From an uncultured Methanosarcinaceae archaeon (lineage in GTDB: Archaea > Halobacteriota > Methanosarcinia > Methanosarcinales > Methanosarcinaceae): a DNA stretch of 64,000 nucleotides. Shown in pieces: positions 51,056-61,545 of the stretch. The notes under the pieces were generated by a model, which saw nothing but the letters and a program-made list of their open reading frames with translations, ran no database searches and was not told where the DNA came from. Positions within the stretch are counted from its first letter, which is position 1, and each line of letters starts with the position of its first letter. The stretch is from the NCBI GenBank assembly GCA_963721455.1, contig CAVRJG010000039.1, positions 192,001-256,000 of the forward strand, read 5' to 3'. The position numbers and the translations under genes are program-made.

Positions 51056-52405
51056 TAACCGACTTTCCGTAGATTTACACAAAGATGACACCTATTTTCT
51101 CAATAAGGGCAGTAGTTTAAATGTTCATCTTATCTTTAAGGAATAAATTGGGAAAATCAGTAAATAAATTCTACAGTTCATGTCCACATACCTCCTGCAG
51201 TAACACTCAATGAAACTCCCGAGGAATTCCATATTTCCACTGGACTTCGATAGTTGAATGATGAATGCTCACGTAAATTGTATCCATTTTTCGCAATCAC
51301 AAGAAAGTTCTGAAAATCATTAAACGTTGCATGGTATTGTAAATTTATGAATTCATATTGCAAAGTCTCTATTGCTCGTTCAATGAAAGCGTTTAACCAC
51401 GGATGTGCCTTTGGAAGAATATAGTATATAATATTATTTTTATTACAATATTCACGCACAGTCGCATTATTAAACTCCAAACCTCCATCAGATCGAATCT
51501 CGATTACAACATCTTTTGGTACCATTTTACGTAATTGGTGAAGAGATTCTACCACATTCGCACCAGATTTTGTCTGATGGGCATCAAGAATTACAATACC
51601 ACTGCTAAAAATACCAAGCACACCAAAAGCATACGCAGTCTCACCACTTCCAATTCTCCGTTGAGTATAGTCCATATTGAATGAGCTCAATGGTTCTTGA
51701 GGGCGTTGAAGATGTTTGGAATCTACAGCCGTCTTCTGTTTTCCAGTAAGCCCAGCAATAGCAAGAATATGATGAACCCATGATTTGCCAACACGAACTG
51801 AGCTTTTTTGTTTTCCTTTTTTCTATTGAATAAAGCTGTAATTCTTCGAACTCCCTTCATGGCTTTATCCATTAATCCCGTCAATAGCTGTACTTTCTCT
51901 GGCTTTAAGACATGGTCTGTTTTTTCCATTGCATCAGAAAACGCAAGTTTAGATGATTCGATTCTGTTTGTATCATCCAAACGGAGATTTATTATTTCAG
52001 CTTTATCTTCATCCGTTAGCTTTCGATACGGATTTTTGGGATTCGAAGGCCTGTCTTTTAAGTCTTCTGCTATACTTCCGTCTTTTGCTCGTTCACAAAG
52101 ATCATAGAAAGTACGTTCGCTCATTTCATACATTTCCCACAGTTCTCTATCGGTATATTTTCTAGACTCTCGCAGTTCAAGGATTTTGGCTCGAATTTCT
52201 GCCACTCTTTCAGATGGAAAATATTTTCGGATATCTCCCCATTTATACACATTTATTTCAGACATTTAGTCACGCCTATAATTGCTGCAACAAATAACAT
52301 TTTGTAGCTCATCTAAAGTTGCAGTATTTAGCCTCTTGACTATGGATGTTGATTTGTGTTTACAAATATGTCAGAAGATTTAAATCAAATTTACTGCGGA
52401 AGGTC
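51056..52405 (-). mobile_element. Insertion sequence with rve/DDE transposase (IS481/IS3-like)
   Basis: Imperfect IRs GACTTTCCGTAG (51061) and CTGCGGAAGGTC (52394-52405) flank two overlapping transposase frames. Confidence 0.75.
51178..52265 (-). CDS. Transposase split over two frames (HTH part + integrase core), joined by a -1 frameshift near 51816-51822
   Basis: HTH MSERTFY..DRP; -1 frame reads VGKSWVHHIL...RPQEPLSSFNMDYT, RSDGGLEF, NAFIERAIETLQYEF, YNLREHSS (DDE intact). Confidence 0.8.
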
Positions 52406-52415
52406 TCTGGACATG

Positions 52416-52505
52416 AACCCTAGGTTTATTGAGGATATATGGAATCGATGCACTAGGGTTTATACACTGATTTAGAAGGACTCTAAATACTAATAAACTT
52501 GGGTT
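52416..52505. mobile_element. Short MITE-like element (90 bp)
   Basis: AACCCTAGGTTTATT...AATAAACTTGGGTT inverted ends, ATG on both flanks. Confidence 0.45.
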
Positions 52506-52595
52506 ATGACATTTTCGTTCCATTATCGTAGGTCTTTGGGCTACGGCTGTTTAAATGATGAGTAGATACCATAATTAGATCATGGCTAGAATAAA

Positions 52596-54380
52596 TTAAC
52601 TGCCTACTTTCCACACTATGAACTCCCCATTAGTATAATATTTAGAGACACTTCTGTCTTGATTTAATCGTTCAAAATCCGAATTTAAATATGTAGGATA
52701 TCGCTCTTTCTCAGATTTAAAGACAGAAGACTGAAGATATTTCATACTCTCGTCTGTTATTAGGTAAATCATGCTATGATCAAAATTGCTAACAAAAAGC
52801 AGATGTTCGGTATAGCCGAAGTGAGAAGGGATTTCGTCTTTCATTAAATAGGATCTTTGAAGAGGCTGAGAATTAAACTGAGAATAATACAACTCATATT
52901 TAGATAAAGATTTAATGTTTGTTAACAAAGGAATAGAGTTATTATTGTTCTCGAGGTACCAACTTAAGCCATTTGAATACATTTTAGTCATATGGGATCC
53001 TGTAGTTCCTTTCCAAGGGCTGTCATAAATACTTGCTAATCCTAGAGCGCTCGAAAGAAAAACTACACCAATTGTGAAGATGGCAATAATTTTTTTACTT
53101 TTCACCGAAGATTCTTTCTCCATGAGATAATTAAAAGATATTCCAGATAAAATAGTAGCAAAAACAGTTGGAACTGACAATACTCTTACAGGTTCATTTA
53201 TTACTGAAAACAAAAAAAATTGTAAAACTGCGAAAAATAATGTTGTTACGAAGACTAAACTATAAAGAGAAAACGTTTTGCATCTGTTTTTAGAATAAGT
53301 TTTTTTAAATAAGAGAAGAAGAAAAAAGGATGCTAAAAACAAATATAGAAATAAAGATCCGTACATTTTCATGAATATTGTACATATTTCAAATAAACCC
53401 GAGTTACTAATTGCTAGATTTTCAGTTTGCTGTCCTATGATAACGTTTTCCGGAGTAAATATACTATAAACTAACCTATGAGTGGTATCCAGAAATTGAG
53501 AAAAGTTCATATACCAAACAAGTAAGGCAACAATAAGAATTAAAATTAAATTTTTAAAATTAACTTTTGATTTAATAGCAACACTCCGTTTAAAAATAAA
53601 AGAGAAATAGATATGGAAAGTGCATAAAATAATTAAAATCGTTAATAATATTAATGGATGAAAAAAAACTATTGAAACGGAAACTAAAATTAATAAAATA
53701 TTAAATTCCACTGAATTTTTATTTACTGTTTTTTTATGTAATAAATACATAAATAGGGGAATCATAAAAAGTGCAAATCCATATGGCATAAATGCTTGAT
53801 GAATAAAGGAAAAGATGAGAGGAAATGCGAAAAATACGAACATTAATGACCCACTAAATGTTCCTGTTATTTCTTTGCCTAAGATGATAAAAGATAGAAG
53901 ATATATTAGATAAAAGTAGTAGCTTAGGAAATTAATAGACATTATCCCTAAATCTAAACCAAACAAATGAACAATTGCAGTAAGTATGTGAGTTGCTGGA
54001 TATATCACATATGTTTCCAAATGGCCTGACGTTAGAATGTATTGAATCCATGCAAGATGTGCAAAAAAATCATATCCAGTATTTGCAAAAAAGAAATAAC
54101 CTCTTATAGCAGGGAGAAAGAAAACAATGGCATGACTACAAAAAATTGCCATTAGACCATATATCCAAACATTGGAGTGATCATTGTATGAAAACCCAAT
54201 ACATATTATGCCCAACCAAGCACTTAAAATCACAAAAATCCAAAATAAAATTGAGTAAGTTGTATAAATAGAAACTTCATAACCATTAATATCTCCTTTT
54301 ATGATTAATGTGTAAAGATTAAAAAGAATTAACATAAAAGATAAAAGAGCAATAAGTTTTATTTTTGTCTTCCGTTTCAT
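52596..54380 (-). CDS. Multi-pass membrane protein, putative glycan polymerase/GT-C-like
   Basis: GYEVSIY, GYDFFAH, IYPATHIL, FFHP; many TM helices; last gene of a GT operon. Confidence 0.78.
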   Translation of the reverse strand: MKRKTKIKLIALLSFMLILFNLYTLIIKGDINGYEVSIYTTYSILFWIFVILSAWLGIICIGFSYNDHSNVWIYGLMAIFCSHAIVFFLPAIRGYFFFANTGYDFFAHLAWIQYILTSGHLETYVIYPATHILTAIVHLFGLDLGIMSINFLSYYFYLIYLLSFIILGKEITGTFSGSLMFVFFAFPLIFSFIHQAFMPYGFALFMIPLFMYLLHKKTVNKNSVEFNILLILVSVSIVFFHPLILLTILIILCTFHIYFSFIFKRSVAIKSKVNFKNLILILIVALLVWYMNFSQFLDTTHRLVYSIFTPENVIIGQQTENLAISNSGLFEICTIFMKMYGSLFLYLFLASFFLLLLFKKTYSKNRCKTFSLYSLVFVTTLFFAVLQFFLFSVINEPVRVLSVPTVFATILSGISFNYLMEKESSVKSKKIIAIFTIGVVFLSSALGLASIYDSPWKGTTGSHMTKMYSNGLSWYLENNNNSIPLLTNIKSLSKYELYYSQFNSQPLQRSYLMKDEIPSHFGYTEHLLFVSNFDHSMIYLITDESMKYLQSSVFKSEKERYPTYLNSDFERLNQDRSVSKYYTNGEFIVWKVGS

Positions 54381-54396
54381 GCACTGTCGCCCCTTA

Positions 54397-55566
54397 TTAT
54401 CTACTTCCCAAAAGATTAATGGCAGCTTTAAATTTCACCAAGCTTTCTTCATAACTAAATTCAGTTTCAATAAATTTCCTTGAACGATTTGCCATTAATT
54501 CCAAATCAAGATGATCTAGTGCTCTTAACACATTTTCTGCGATGCAAGCTGGAGAATTATTATCCATAATAAAGCCAGTTTTTTCATCTATTACAAGAGC
54601 TGGAATTGCACCCACAGGGGTTCCAAGAATGATTGTTCCACATGCCATTCCTTCCATAATCATATTAGGAAGTCCTTCTTTTATAGAAGGAAGAACAAGT
54701 AATTTTAAGTTATTTAGACATCTAGGAAGACGCTCATGGGATATCCATCCTTCTAATTTAATGTTAGGATGGTTCATATATTTAATTCGATTTTCTACTT
54801 CTTCTTTCTGTACACCATTGCCAGCAATAAATATTTTCAAGTTAGGTTTAGTTTCTAGAATAAAAGGAATACTTTCAACAAAATTCATAACTCCCTTTAC
54901 TTCACTAAAACTGCCAATATATCCCACATCATATTGTCTTGAAGTTAAAGGAGTTTCGAACTTAAATTTATGATCTACAAAAAGATTTGCGACATGAGTT
55001 TTATTGTATTTTTCAAAATCGTTTTCTCTAATTGCATATTCACACTCAGTAAGTATAACATCAGCTAGATTGTAGTTAACTTCCTCAATTATTTTGAAAG
55101 CTTTGGTCTTAATAATTGATTTTGATTTTAAATTTTTTTCAATAATAAAAGTGGGTCTACCAGAACTACGAATAATAACTTTTTTCCCCAATGCTTTTGA
55201 GATAATTATTGGAAGTACCTGTAAATCTTGCCCCATTGTAAATAGTACAATGTCAAACTTGTGCTTAATATAATATGATATTATGTGAAGACTATCCATT
55301 ATTTGTGCATAGATAAAAGTAGCAGCTTGATTACTAAATAATTTTAAAAACGAGATATTATTTGGATCTAACAAGTTTTTTTTATTGAGTATATGGATAT
55401 ATTTCTTATCACAAAAAGTAATATAATAGACATTGTCAAAAATAGCAGTCAGAAGTTGTAATAATTTATTTTGATTAGTAGCTACTGACTCGCTGTTAAG
55501 AGTGCCACCTGCAATAACTAGAAGGCTTTTTCGCTCTTTATTTAAATTTTTGTTAGTTTGAATCAT
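54397..55566 (-). CDS. Glycosyltransferase family 4
   Basis: IGSF..VKG, PSIKEGLPNMIMEGMACG; ATG 55566 after AGGTGA. Confidence 0.92.
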   Translation of the reverse strand: MIQTNKNLNKERKSLLVIAGGTLNSESVATNQNKLLQLLTAIFDNVYYITFCDKKYIHILNKKNLLDPNNISFLKLFSNQAATFIYAQIMDSLHIISYYIKHKFDIVLFTMGQDLQVLPIIISKALGKKVIIRSSGRPTFIIEKNLKSKSIIKTKAFKIIEEVNYNLADVILTECEYAIRENDFEKYNKTHVANLFVDHKFKFETPLTSRQYDVGYIGSFSEVKGVMNFVESIPFILETKPNLKIFIAGNGVQKEEVENRIKYMNHPNIKLEGWISHERLPRCLNNLKLLVLPSIKEGLPNMIMEGMACGTIILGTPVGAIPALVIDEKTGFIMDNNSPACIAENVLRALDHLDLELMANRSRKFIETEFSYEESLVKFKAAINLLGSR

Positions 55567-55889
55567 ATAGTCACCTATAACTGTACTAAATGTATTCTTA
55601 TCTTGGATCATTTCTATAAATTATTCCAGCAGCTTACTAATATTTTATAGAAACTCATTGTTAAGGAGAATCTGGATCTTCAAAGATTGACATTTCAATA
55701 AGATTCCAAAATTGTCAATAGAGTTTGATCTTATTAATAAATTTTATGACCATTATGAAGAGCAAATATTATCGATTTTGAACGCAATTTTCCACACTAA
55801 GTGTCTAAAATTATATGTATTGAGCTCACATAGAAAGTACTGTAAATGCTCGGTTTATTTATGGGCCACTCTCATAACTCACTTTGTCC

Positions 55890-57071
55890 TTAATCATTTA
55901 GACTTGATACGCTTATAGAATAAATTTTCTCAATTTTCTTTACAGTAGATTCAAGGGATAAGTTTTCATAAACGAATTTTTTACCATTATCAACAAATTC
56001 ATTACCTCTTTGTGGATTTTTAAGAATATTTCTCATTTTTTCTTTTAAAGAATTCACATCGCCATACTTGATGATATATCCGCTTCTAGACTCTTTGATT
56101 AATTCCCCACACCCACAGTTATCAGTCACAATCACTGGCGTACCACACATAATGGCTTCAAATGGAACAAGTCCAAATATCTCAAAAGAGGAGGGATAAA
56201 CTAAAACATCTGCATCAAGATATGCAGCAAATTTATCTATTCCAGATATGTATCCTATGAACTTTACATTGTTTAAATTCAGTTGAGAAATTAGCAATTC
56301 CGCTTTATCTTTGAAACCGTCATCAGGACCAGCTAAAACTAATATAAGATCATCGACTTCAGAAGCTAATTCTGCATAAGATTTGATTAAAAAATCGATA
56401 CCTTTTATTTTATTTAGACGTCCTAAAAACAAAACAACGTGTTTTTCAGAAATATTATATTTCTGTTTAAATGTACCTTTTTTAGGTAAAAATTTAAAAG
56501 ATTCGATATCTATCCCATTTGGAATATTAACTATTTTCTCATCTGGCACCCCTATTTGCTTATATTGATTAACTTCAATATTGGAAACTGCAATTAACTT
56601 AGATGCGCCTTTTAAAATTTTGTTGCCCCATAACGTGTCAAATATCCTTTTTTGATTCTGATTTCCAATTGTAGTTGGAATCGATCCATGCGCCTGTAAT
56701 ATATAGGGGACATTATATTTTTTTGCGTAATAATGAGTGATTATTGCAAGCAGTGTCCGATGTTCATGAATATGAATTATATCAAAATCCTTAATTTTTT
56801 TTATAGCTATAAAAGGTAAATAATAAGGAATGGTAATATTATTTTTTGATAAATAATTGGACAAATTTCTAAAGTAATAAGTATTTATTCCATCAACATC
56901 TACAGGCTTATTTTTATTAATTTTCAACCTAGATTTAAATCCATCTGTAGTATAAACTGTTACTTCATGACCTTCGCTTACTAGATTTTTTGAAACTTCA
57001 TATGCGACTCTTGCCACTCCCCCTGCTTCCCAAGAGGGTTTAAAAAAATTAGTTACCTGTAAAATTTTCAA
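55890..57071 (-). CDS. Glycosyltransferase family 4
   Basis: AGG, IPNGID, GRL..IKG, PSSFEIFGLVPFEAIMCG; TTG start. Confidence 0.93.
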   Translation of the reverse strand: MKILQVTNFFKPSWEAGGVARVAYEVSKNLVSEGHEVTVYTTDGFKSRLKINKNKPVDVDGINTYYFRNLSNYLSKNNITIPYYLPFIAIKKIKDFDIIHIHEHRTLLAIITHYYAKKYNVPYILQAHGSIPTTIGNQNQKRIFDTLWGNKILKGASKLIAVSNIEVNQYKQIGVPDEKIVNIPNGIDIESFKFLPKKGTFKQKYNISEKHVVLFLGRLNKIKGIDFLIKSYAELASEVDDLILVLAGPDDGFKDKAELLISQLNLNNVKFIGYISGIDKFAAYLDADVLVYPSSFEIFGLVPFEAIMCGTPVIVTDNCGCGELIKESRSGYIIKYGDVNSLKEKMRNILKNPQRGNEFVDNGKKFVYENLSLESTVKKIEKIYSISVSSLND

Positions 57072-58249
57072 GATAAATACCCCAAGGATTTTTCAAACTT
57101 AAGAACTAGTGAATCCCACCCATAATCTTGAGTATACTTTAATGATCTCTCACTGTATTTCCACATTAAATTAGTATTAATGAGTTCGATAGCCCTGTTC
57201 AAGGCTTCTTTAGGATCATTTATATATATAATTCCACTATTATTGCCGAATTCCTTTTTAATTCCAGGAAGGCTTGTGGCTATGACTGGTTTTCCCATAG
57301 CCATATATTCATATAGCTTAATTGGTACAATATTCATCATGATTTCATTCTTATAAGCCGGCAAAAGACATATGTCAGCAGCAGCAATATATGATGGAAT
57401 CTGTTCAAAAGGCACTTTCCCGGTAAGAATTAATCTATCCTTAAGATTTTCTTCGGTACTCATTTTGTGTAAAGTATTATAGAGATCACCGTCGCCAACA
57501 ATCATTAACTTTGTAGAGTTGCCTTCAAAATTAGCAAGACTTTCAGCTACTTCTCTCATACCTGAAAATTCGTAAATCCAACCCATGAAAAATAATAGTG
57601 TATCATCCTTTTTTATATCGTATTTTTTTCGGATTATTGAACCATCTATCTGTAAATTGAACTTATCAAGGTCAACTCCAGAAGGAAGAACATATACTTT
57701 ATTCAGATTCCCCCCCATCTCCCCAACGTAATCTTTCAGTCCTTGATTAAGTACGAAAATTTTATCAGCACATCGAATATTACTTTTTTCAAATTGTTTT
57801 GCAATTGTCTGGGTTAATTTGCTAGGTAAAAGGCAATGGAGATGATCCAAAAGATAATATACAAATGGAATCTTGTGCTTATTAGCATAGTGTAATCCTA
57901 GATACGCATTTAGGATGCCGAAAGCGATTATTACATCAGGCTTAAATTCTTTTATTTGCCTTTTTATTTCGATTGTATGGAAATATAAGATAGAAGCCAT
58001 ATCTAGACCAGAAATTTTAATCATTCCAGGTCTGATGAGAGTAATATTAGAATTTTCTAACGTCTTGTAGGCATTTTCAAATACCCTTCTGTGAGTAAAA
58101 ATTTTCCTTTCAGAATTTTTTTTCCAAAGGTAGTCATAGTCAATTACGCGAATTTTATGACCTCTTAAAGCCATTCGATCCATAAGATGATGCTGAGTAT
58201 GAGGACCTCGTTTAATCCAATCAGTTTCCTGAATAACCAATATTTTCAT
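57068..58249 (-). CDS. Glycosyltransferase family 4
   Basis: PSGVD, IVGDG, VPIKLYEYMAMGKPVI. Confidence 0.92.
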   Translation of the reverse strand: MKILVIQETDWIKRGPHTQHHLMDRMALRGHKIRVIDYDYLWKKNSERKIFTHRRVFENAYKTLENSNITLIRPGMIKISGLDMASILYFHTIEIKRQIKEFKPDVIIAFGILNAYLGLHYANKHKIPFVYYLLDHLHCLLPSKLTQTIAKQFEKSNIRCADKIFVLNQGLKDYVGEMGGNLNKVYVLPSGVDLDKFNLQIDGSIIRKKYDIKKDDTLLFFMGWIYEFSGMREVAESLANFEGNSTKLMIVGDGDLYNTLHKMSTEENLKDRLILTGKVPFEQIPSYIAAADICLLPAYKNEIMMNIVPIKLYEYMAMGKPVIATSLPGIKKEFGNNSGIIYINDPKEALNRAIELINTNLMWKYSERSLKYTQDYGWDSLVLKFEKSLGYLS

Positions 58250-58317
58250 AATCCTCACGTCTAACTTTAAATTTTAAAATTCGAATATTTCAACAGTTAA
58301 GTCTTATCAGTTATTCA

Positions 58318-59442
58318 TCACAAATAATATTTTTTCTTCGGAACAATTTTATTCAACCCTACAACCAGTCTAATCACTTTGTCAGAAACGTTCTCTTCCT
58401 GATAATCCGAAGGATTTCTGAATTTAATGTTATTTTCTGCCTGTTCTCTAACAATCTCGATTGAGATTAATATTGTTTGGGGGTTTACACCAGTCAGTAT
58501 AACATTACCAGTATCGAAGGCCTCAGGCCTTTCAGAGCTCTCTCTGACGACCAATGCAGGAATCCCCATTATCCCGGCGTCCTCATGAATAGTTCCACTA
58601 TCAGAAAGGACACAATAAGCATTTTTTTGTAACTTCACAAAATCAAACATCCCGAATGGTTTATGGAAATTAAATAGGTCACTCATCTTAGAATTCAGTT
58701 CATCAATACGGTTTCTTGTCCTGGGATGAGTTGAAACGATTAGCGGATATCCATACTTGTTAGCTATGGATTCAAGAGCACTAAGGATCACTTTCAAATT
58801 AACGGGATTATCTACATTTTCTTCCCTGTGAATACTTACGAGGAAATATTTTCCTTTCTCAAGATTCAACTCGTCAAGAATAGAAGAGCTTTCTATTTTG
58901 TGGAAGCTCGCTTTAAGGACTTCAGCCATTGGAGAGCCGGTAACATAAATACTGTCAGGGCTCAAGCCTTCTCGTAATAAATTCCTTCGAGCATGCTCTG
59001 TGTAAGGGAGATTGATGTCAGCTGTGTGATCTACAATTCTCCGGTTTATTTCTTCAGGCACTCTGTCATCGAAACACCTATTTCCGGCTTCCATATGAAA
59101 TATGGGAATTTTTAGTCTTTTAGCAACAATGCAGGAAAGAGCGCTATTCGTATCTCCAAGGATAAGTAATGCATCAGGCTTTTCCTTTAACATGACCTGT
59201 TCGGTTTGTGCCAGAATATTTCCGATTTGCCCTCCTACAGAGCTGCTTTTTACGTTCAAAACGTAATCCGGTTTTCTGAGCTGAAGCTCGTCAAAAAATA
59301 TTTGATTTAATTCATAATCGTAATTCTGGTTGGTATGCACAAGGACGTGATCCACAAATTTATCGAGTTTTTTAATAGTCTCTGAAAGGCGGATAATCTC
59401 TGGCCTTGTTCCAAGGATGGTCATCACTTTTAAATTATTCAT
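58318..59442 (-). CDS. wecB: Non-hydrolysing UDP-HexNAc 2-epimerase (FnlC/CapG/WbjD type)
   Basis: GTRPEIIRLS, HTNQNYD, GDTNS, HMEAGNRCFD..VPEEINR, HREENVD, SDSGT, ERPEA. Confidence 0.93.
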   Translation of the reverse strand: MNNLKVMTILGTRPEIIRLSETIKKLDKFVDHVLVHTNQNYDYELNQIFFDELQLRKPDYVLNVKSSSVGGQIGNILAQTEQVMLKEKPDALLILGDTNSALSCIVAKRLKIPIFHMEAGNRCFDDRVPEEINRRIVDHTADINLPYTEHARRNLLREGLSPDSIYVTGSPMAEVLKASFHKIESSSILDELNLEKGKYFLVSIHREENVDNPVNLKVILSALESIANKYGYPLIVSTHPRTRNRIDELNSKMSDLFNFHKPFGMFDFVKLQKNAYCVLSDSGTIHEDAGIMGIPALVVRESSERPEAFDTGNVILTGVNPQTILISIEIVREQAENNIKFRNPSDYQEENVSDKVIRLVVGLNKIVPKKKYYL

Positions 59443-59446
59443 AATC

Positions 59447-59818
59447 TCACAAATCCTGGGGTCGGAATGTATCAGGATCCTTTTCGTCGTATTCTTCGCT
59501 TATTATGATCAGTAACTCACTGTCTTCCTCAGAACTCGAGTTAGTAATTATATGATTCTCGAAAGGATCGACTTTAATAAATTCGCTATTAGAATCATCA
59601 AGTATGATAGACTTAGAGAGTTTAGTATTGATATTTGTCAATTTTAGCTCACATTTTCCATGAAGGCAGCAAAACCATTCTTCTTTTCTTGTATGGTAAT
59701 GATTCCCACGCCAGCTGCCCGGAGAAATAACCAAGTGGCTTAGTTGTCCAAATTTTACGTCATTTGCCCTTGCAAGTTCTTGAAAACTTCCTGTTTCATT
59801 TTTATGAACCGGATACAT
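59447..59818 (-). CDS. Stand-alone cupin (WxcM-like; C-terminal half of FnlB/CapF)
   Basis: GSFQEL, FGQ, RGNHYHTRKEEWF, H.I.N, terminal PDT. Confidence 0.85.
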   Translation of the reverse strand: MYPVHKNETGSFQELARANDVKFGQLSHLVISPGSWRGNHYHTRKEEWFCCLHGKCELKLTNINTKLSKSIILDDSNSEFIKVDPFENHIITNSSSEEDSELLIIISEEYDEKDPDTFRPQDL

Positions 59819-60474
59819 CAGCCTACCTTCCTGTAAAAATCAAAACAAGCCTTCAATTTATCATGTTCGCCAAATCGATCTGTCAGGAGAGAGTAAATTT
59901 CACCAATTGAAAGTGTTTCTCCTTCAGGATACTTGTAAGAGTTAAACTCAGGGTTTAAAAATTCCTGGATCAAATCATCGATGTAAATAAACTCCCTTAG
60001 AACAGAGGGATCATGAATAGTCACCTGCTGTCCTTTAGAAAGCTGATAACAAAATGTGGCTACAACAGAGTTATAGAACGGTTTACCGCCTGGACCATAA
60101 ACATTCGGAATTCTGAAAATACACCATTTAGTAGCTTTTTTGAGAAGTTCTTCTTCCAAAATTTTTGTAAAGCCATATTCGGAGTCAGGATTCCAGATAG
60201 TCTGCTGGGATGACGCAAAGATGATTTCAGGGAATTTATTTTCTAATTTCATTGCAAGAATTATGTTGGCTGTTGAAACGAGATTGTTCTTTAAAATTTC
60301 CCCACAGTTCGCCCTATTCTTACCTGCCAGATGGTAAATCCGATCACATTCCCGGACAAATTCCCTTACCTGAGCTATATTATTAAGATCTCCCTGAAAA
60401 ATAAACGGATTTTCTAAAGCGTTTTTTAAGTGTGTACCTATGAATCCATTTGCTCCAGTAATCCCAACCTTCAT
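59818..60474 (-). CDS. SDR reductase (N-terminal half of FnlB/CapF)
   Basis: TGANGFIG, HLAG.NR, SS.Q, YGFTK, RIPNVYG...PFYNSVVATFC. Confidence 0.85.
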   Translation of the reverse strand: MKVGITGANGFIGTHLKNALENPFIFQGDLNNIAQVREFVRECDRIYHLAGKNRANCGEILKNNLVSTANIILAMKLENKFPEIIFASSQQTIWNPDSEYGFTKILEEELLKKATKWCIFRIPNVYGPGGKPFYNSVVATFCYQLSKGQQVTIHDPSVLREFIYIDDLIQEFLNPEFNSYKYPEGETLSIGEIYSLLTDRFGEHDKLKACFDFYRKVG

Positions 60475-60486
60475 GCCAATACACCA

Positions 60487-61470
60487 TCACAAAAGTTCAG
60501 CTTTTTTAATTAACTTCAGAGTTTCTTCTATATTTAGTATAGTAGTATTGGCGGAAGTGAAAGGTTCAGCGATTTTACAATCTTTTCCGTGATAGAAATA
60601 GTCTCCAATATTACCATCGAGCCTTGGAATCTTCATATACTCAATACCATTGTCAGTAAACGTTTTTGCTCGGCAAAGTTCTTCAGGTGTAAGGAGAGTT
60701 TCGTCCATCTTCTCTCCAGGACGAATTCCTATAATTTGTTTCTCAAGTGCTTTCCCATAGTTTAATTCAAGTGCATCAACAACTGTTTTAATGGTAGCTG
60801 CTGGAGGCCTTATAACAAAAAGATCACCACTTTGCCCAATTTCTAAACACTTTTTAGAAAGAGCGACAGCATGACTCAGGGGAAGCAAGAACCTTGTCAT
60901 GTTTTCATTTGTTATAGTTAGGGGCAAATTATGCTGAGCCTTGTCGATGAATAGAGGAATTACAGATCCTCTTGAACCGATAACATTACCATACCTGAGG
61001 CTTACACAAGCAGTGTCTCCTCTGTGAGCACTCATTAATTTTTCAGCAAGAGCTTTACTCATTCCATAAGCATTGATGGGGTAAACGGCTTTATCAGTAC
61101 TAAGGTTTACTATTTTTTCAACACCACATTCTTCAGCAGCTTCAATAACATTTTTTGTACCGAGAACGTTGGTGTTAATAACTTCTTCAGGGAACTGTTC
61201 GCCAGTAGGAACGTGCTTCAAAGCGGCAGCATGCATTACATAATCTACGTCTTTGAAATGTTTCAAAACTCTACTCTTGTCTCTGATATCACCTACAACA
61301 TACTCGATATTATTATCGTTTCTTTCAACAAACATGTCATGCTGTTTTTTTTCATCTCTGCTGAAAACAACGAACTTTATATCACAATCTTTTGAGAAAT
61401 CAATGAAAGCATTTCCAAAAGAGCCTGTACCGCCTGTAATTAATATTCTTTTTCCGTTTATCAGATTCAT
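60487..61470 (-). CDS. fnlA: UDP-GlcNAc 4,6-dehydratase/5-epimerase (FnlA/CapE/WbjB type)
   Basis: TGGTGSFG, SRDEKKQ, HAAALKHVP, STDKAVYPINAYGMSK, RYGNVIGSRGSVIP, MTRF. Confidence 0.88.
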   Translation of the reverse strand: MNLINGKRILITGGTGSFGNAFIDFSKDCDIKFVVFSRDEKKQHDMFVERNDNNIEYVVGDIRDKSRVLKHFKDVDYVMHAAALKHVPTGEQFPEEVINTNVLGTKNVIEAAEECGVEKIVNLSTDKAVYPINAYGMSKALAEKLMSAHRGDTACVSLRYGNVIGSRGSVIPLFIDKAQHNLPLTITNENMTRFLLPLSHAVALSKKCLEIGQSGDLFVIRPPAATIKTVVDALELNYGKALEKQIIGIRPGEKMDETLLTPEELCRAKTFTDNGIEYMKIPRLDGNIGDYFYHGKDCKIAEPFTSANTTILNIEETLKLIKKAELL

Positions 61471-61545
61471 AAAATCACTTTCCAAAAATGACGGGTATTA
61501 AAATTAAGGTGGGGGTTGAAATCAGTATAAAATAATATACTTCTC

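Noticed and set aside
55620-55880. Possible decayed gene starting MRVAH on the minus strand
   Set aside because: Multiple stops and no motif I can assign
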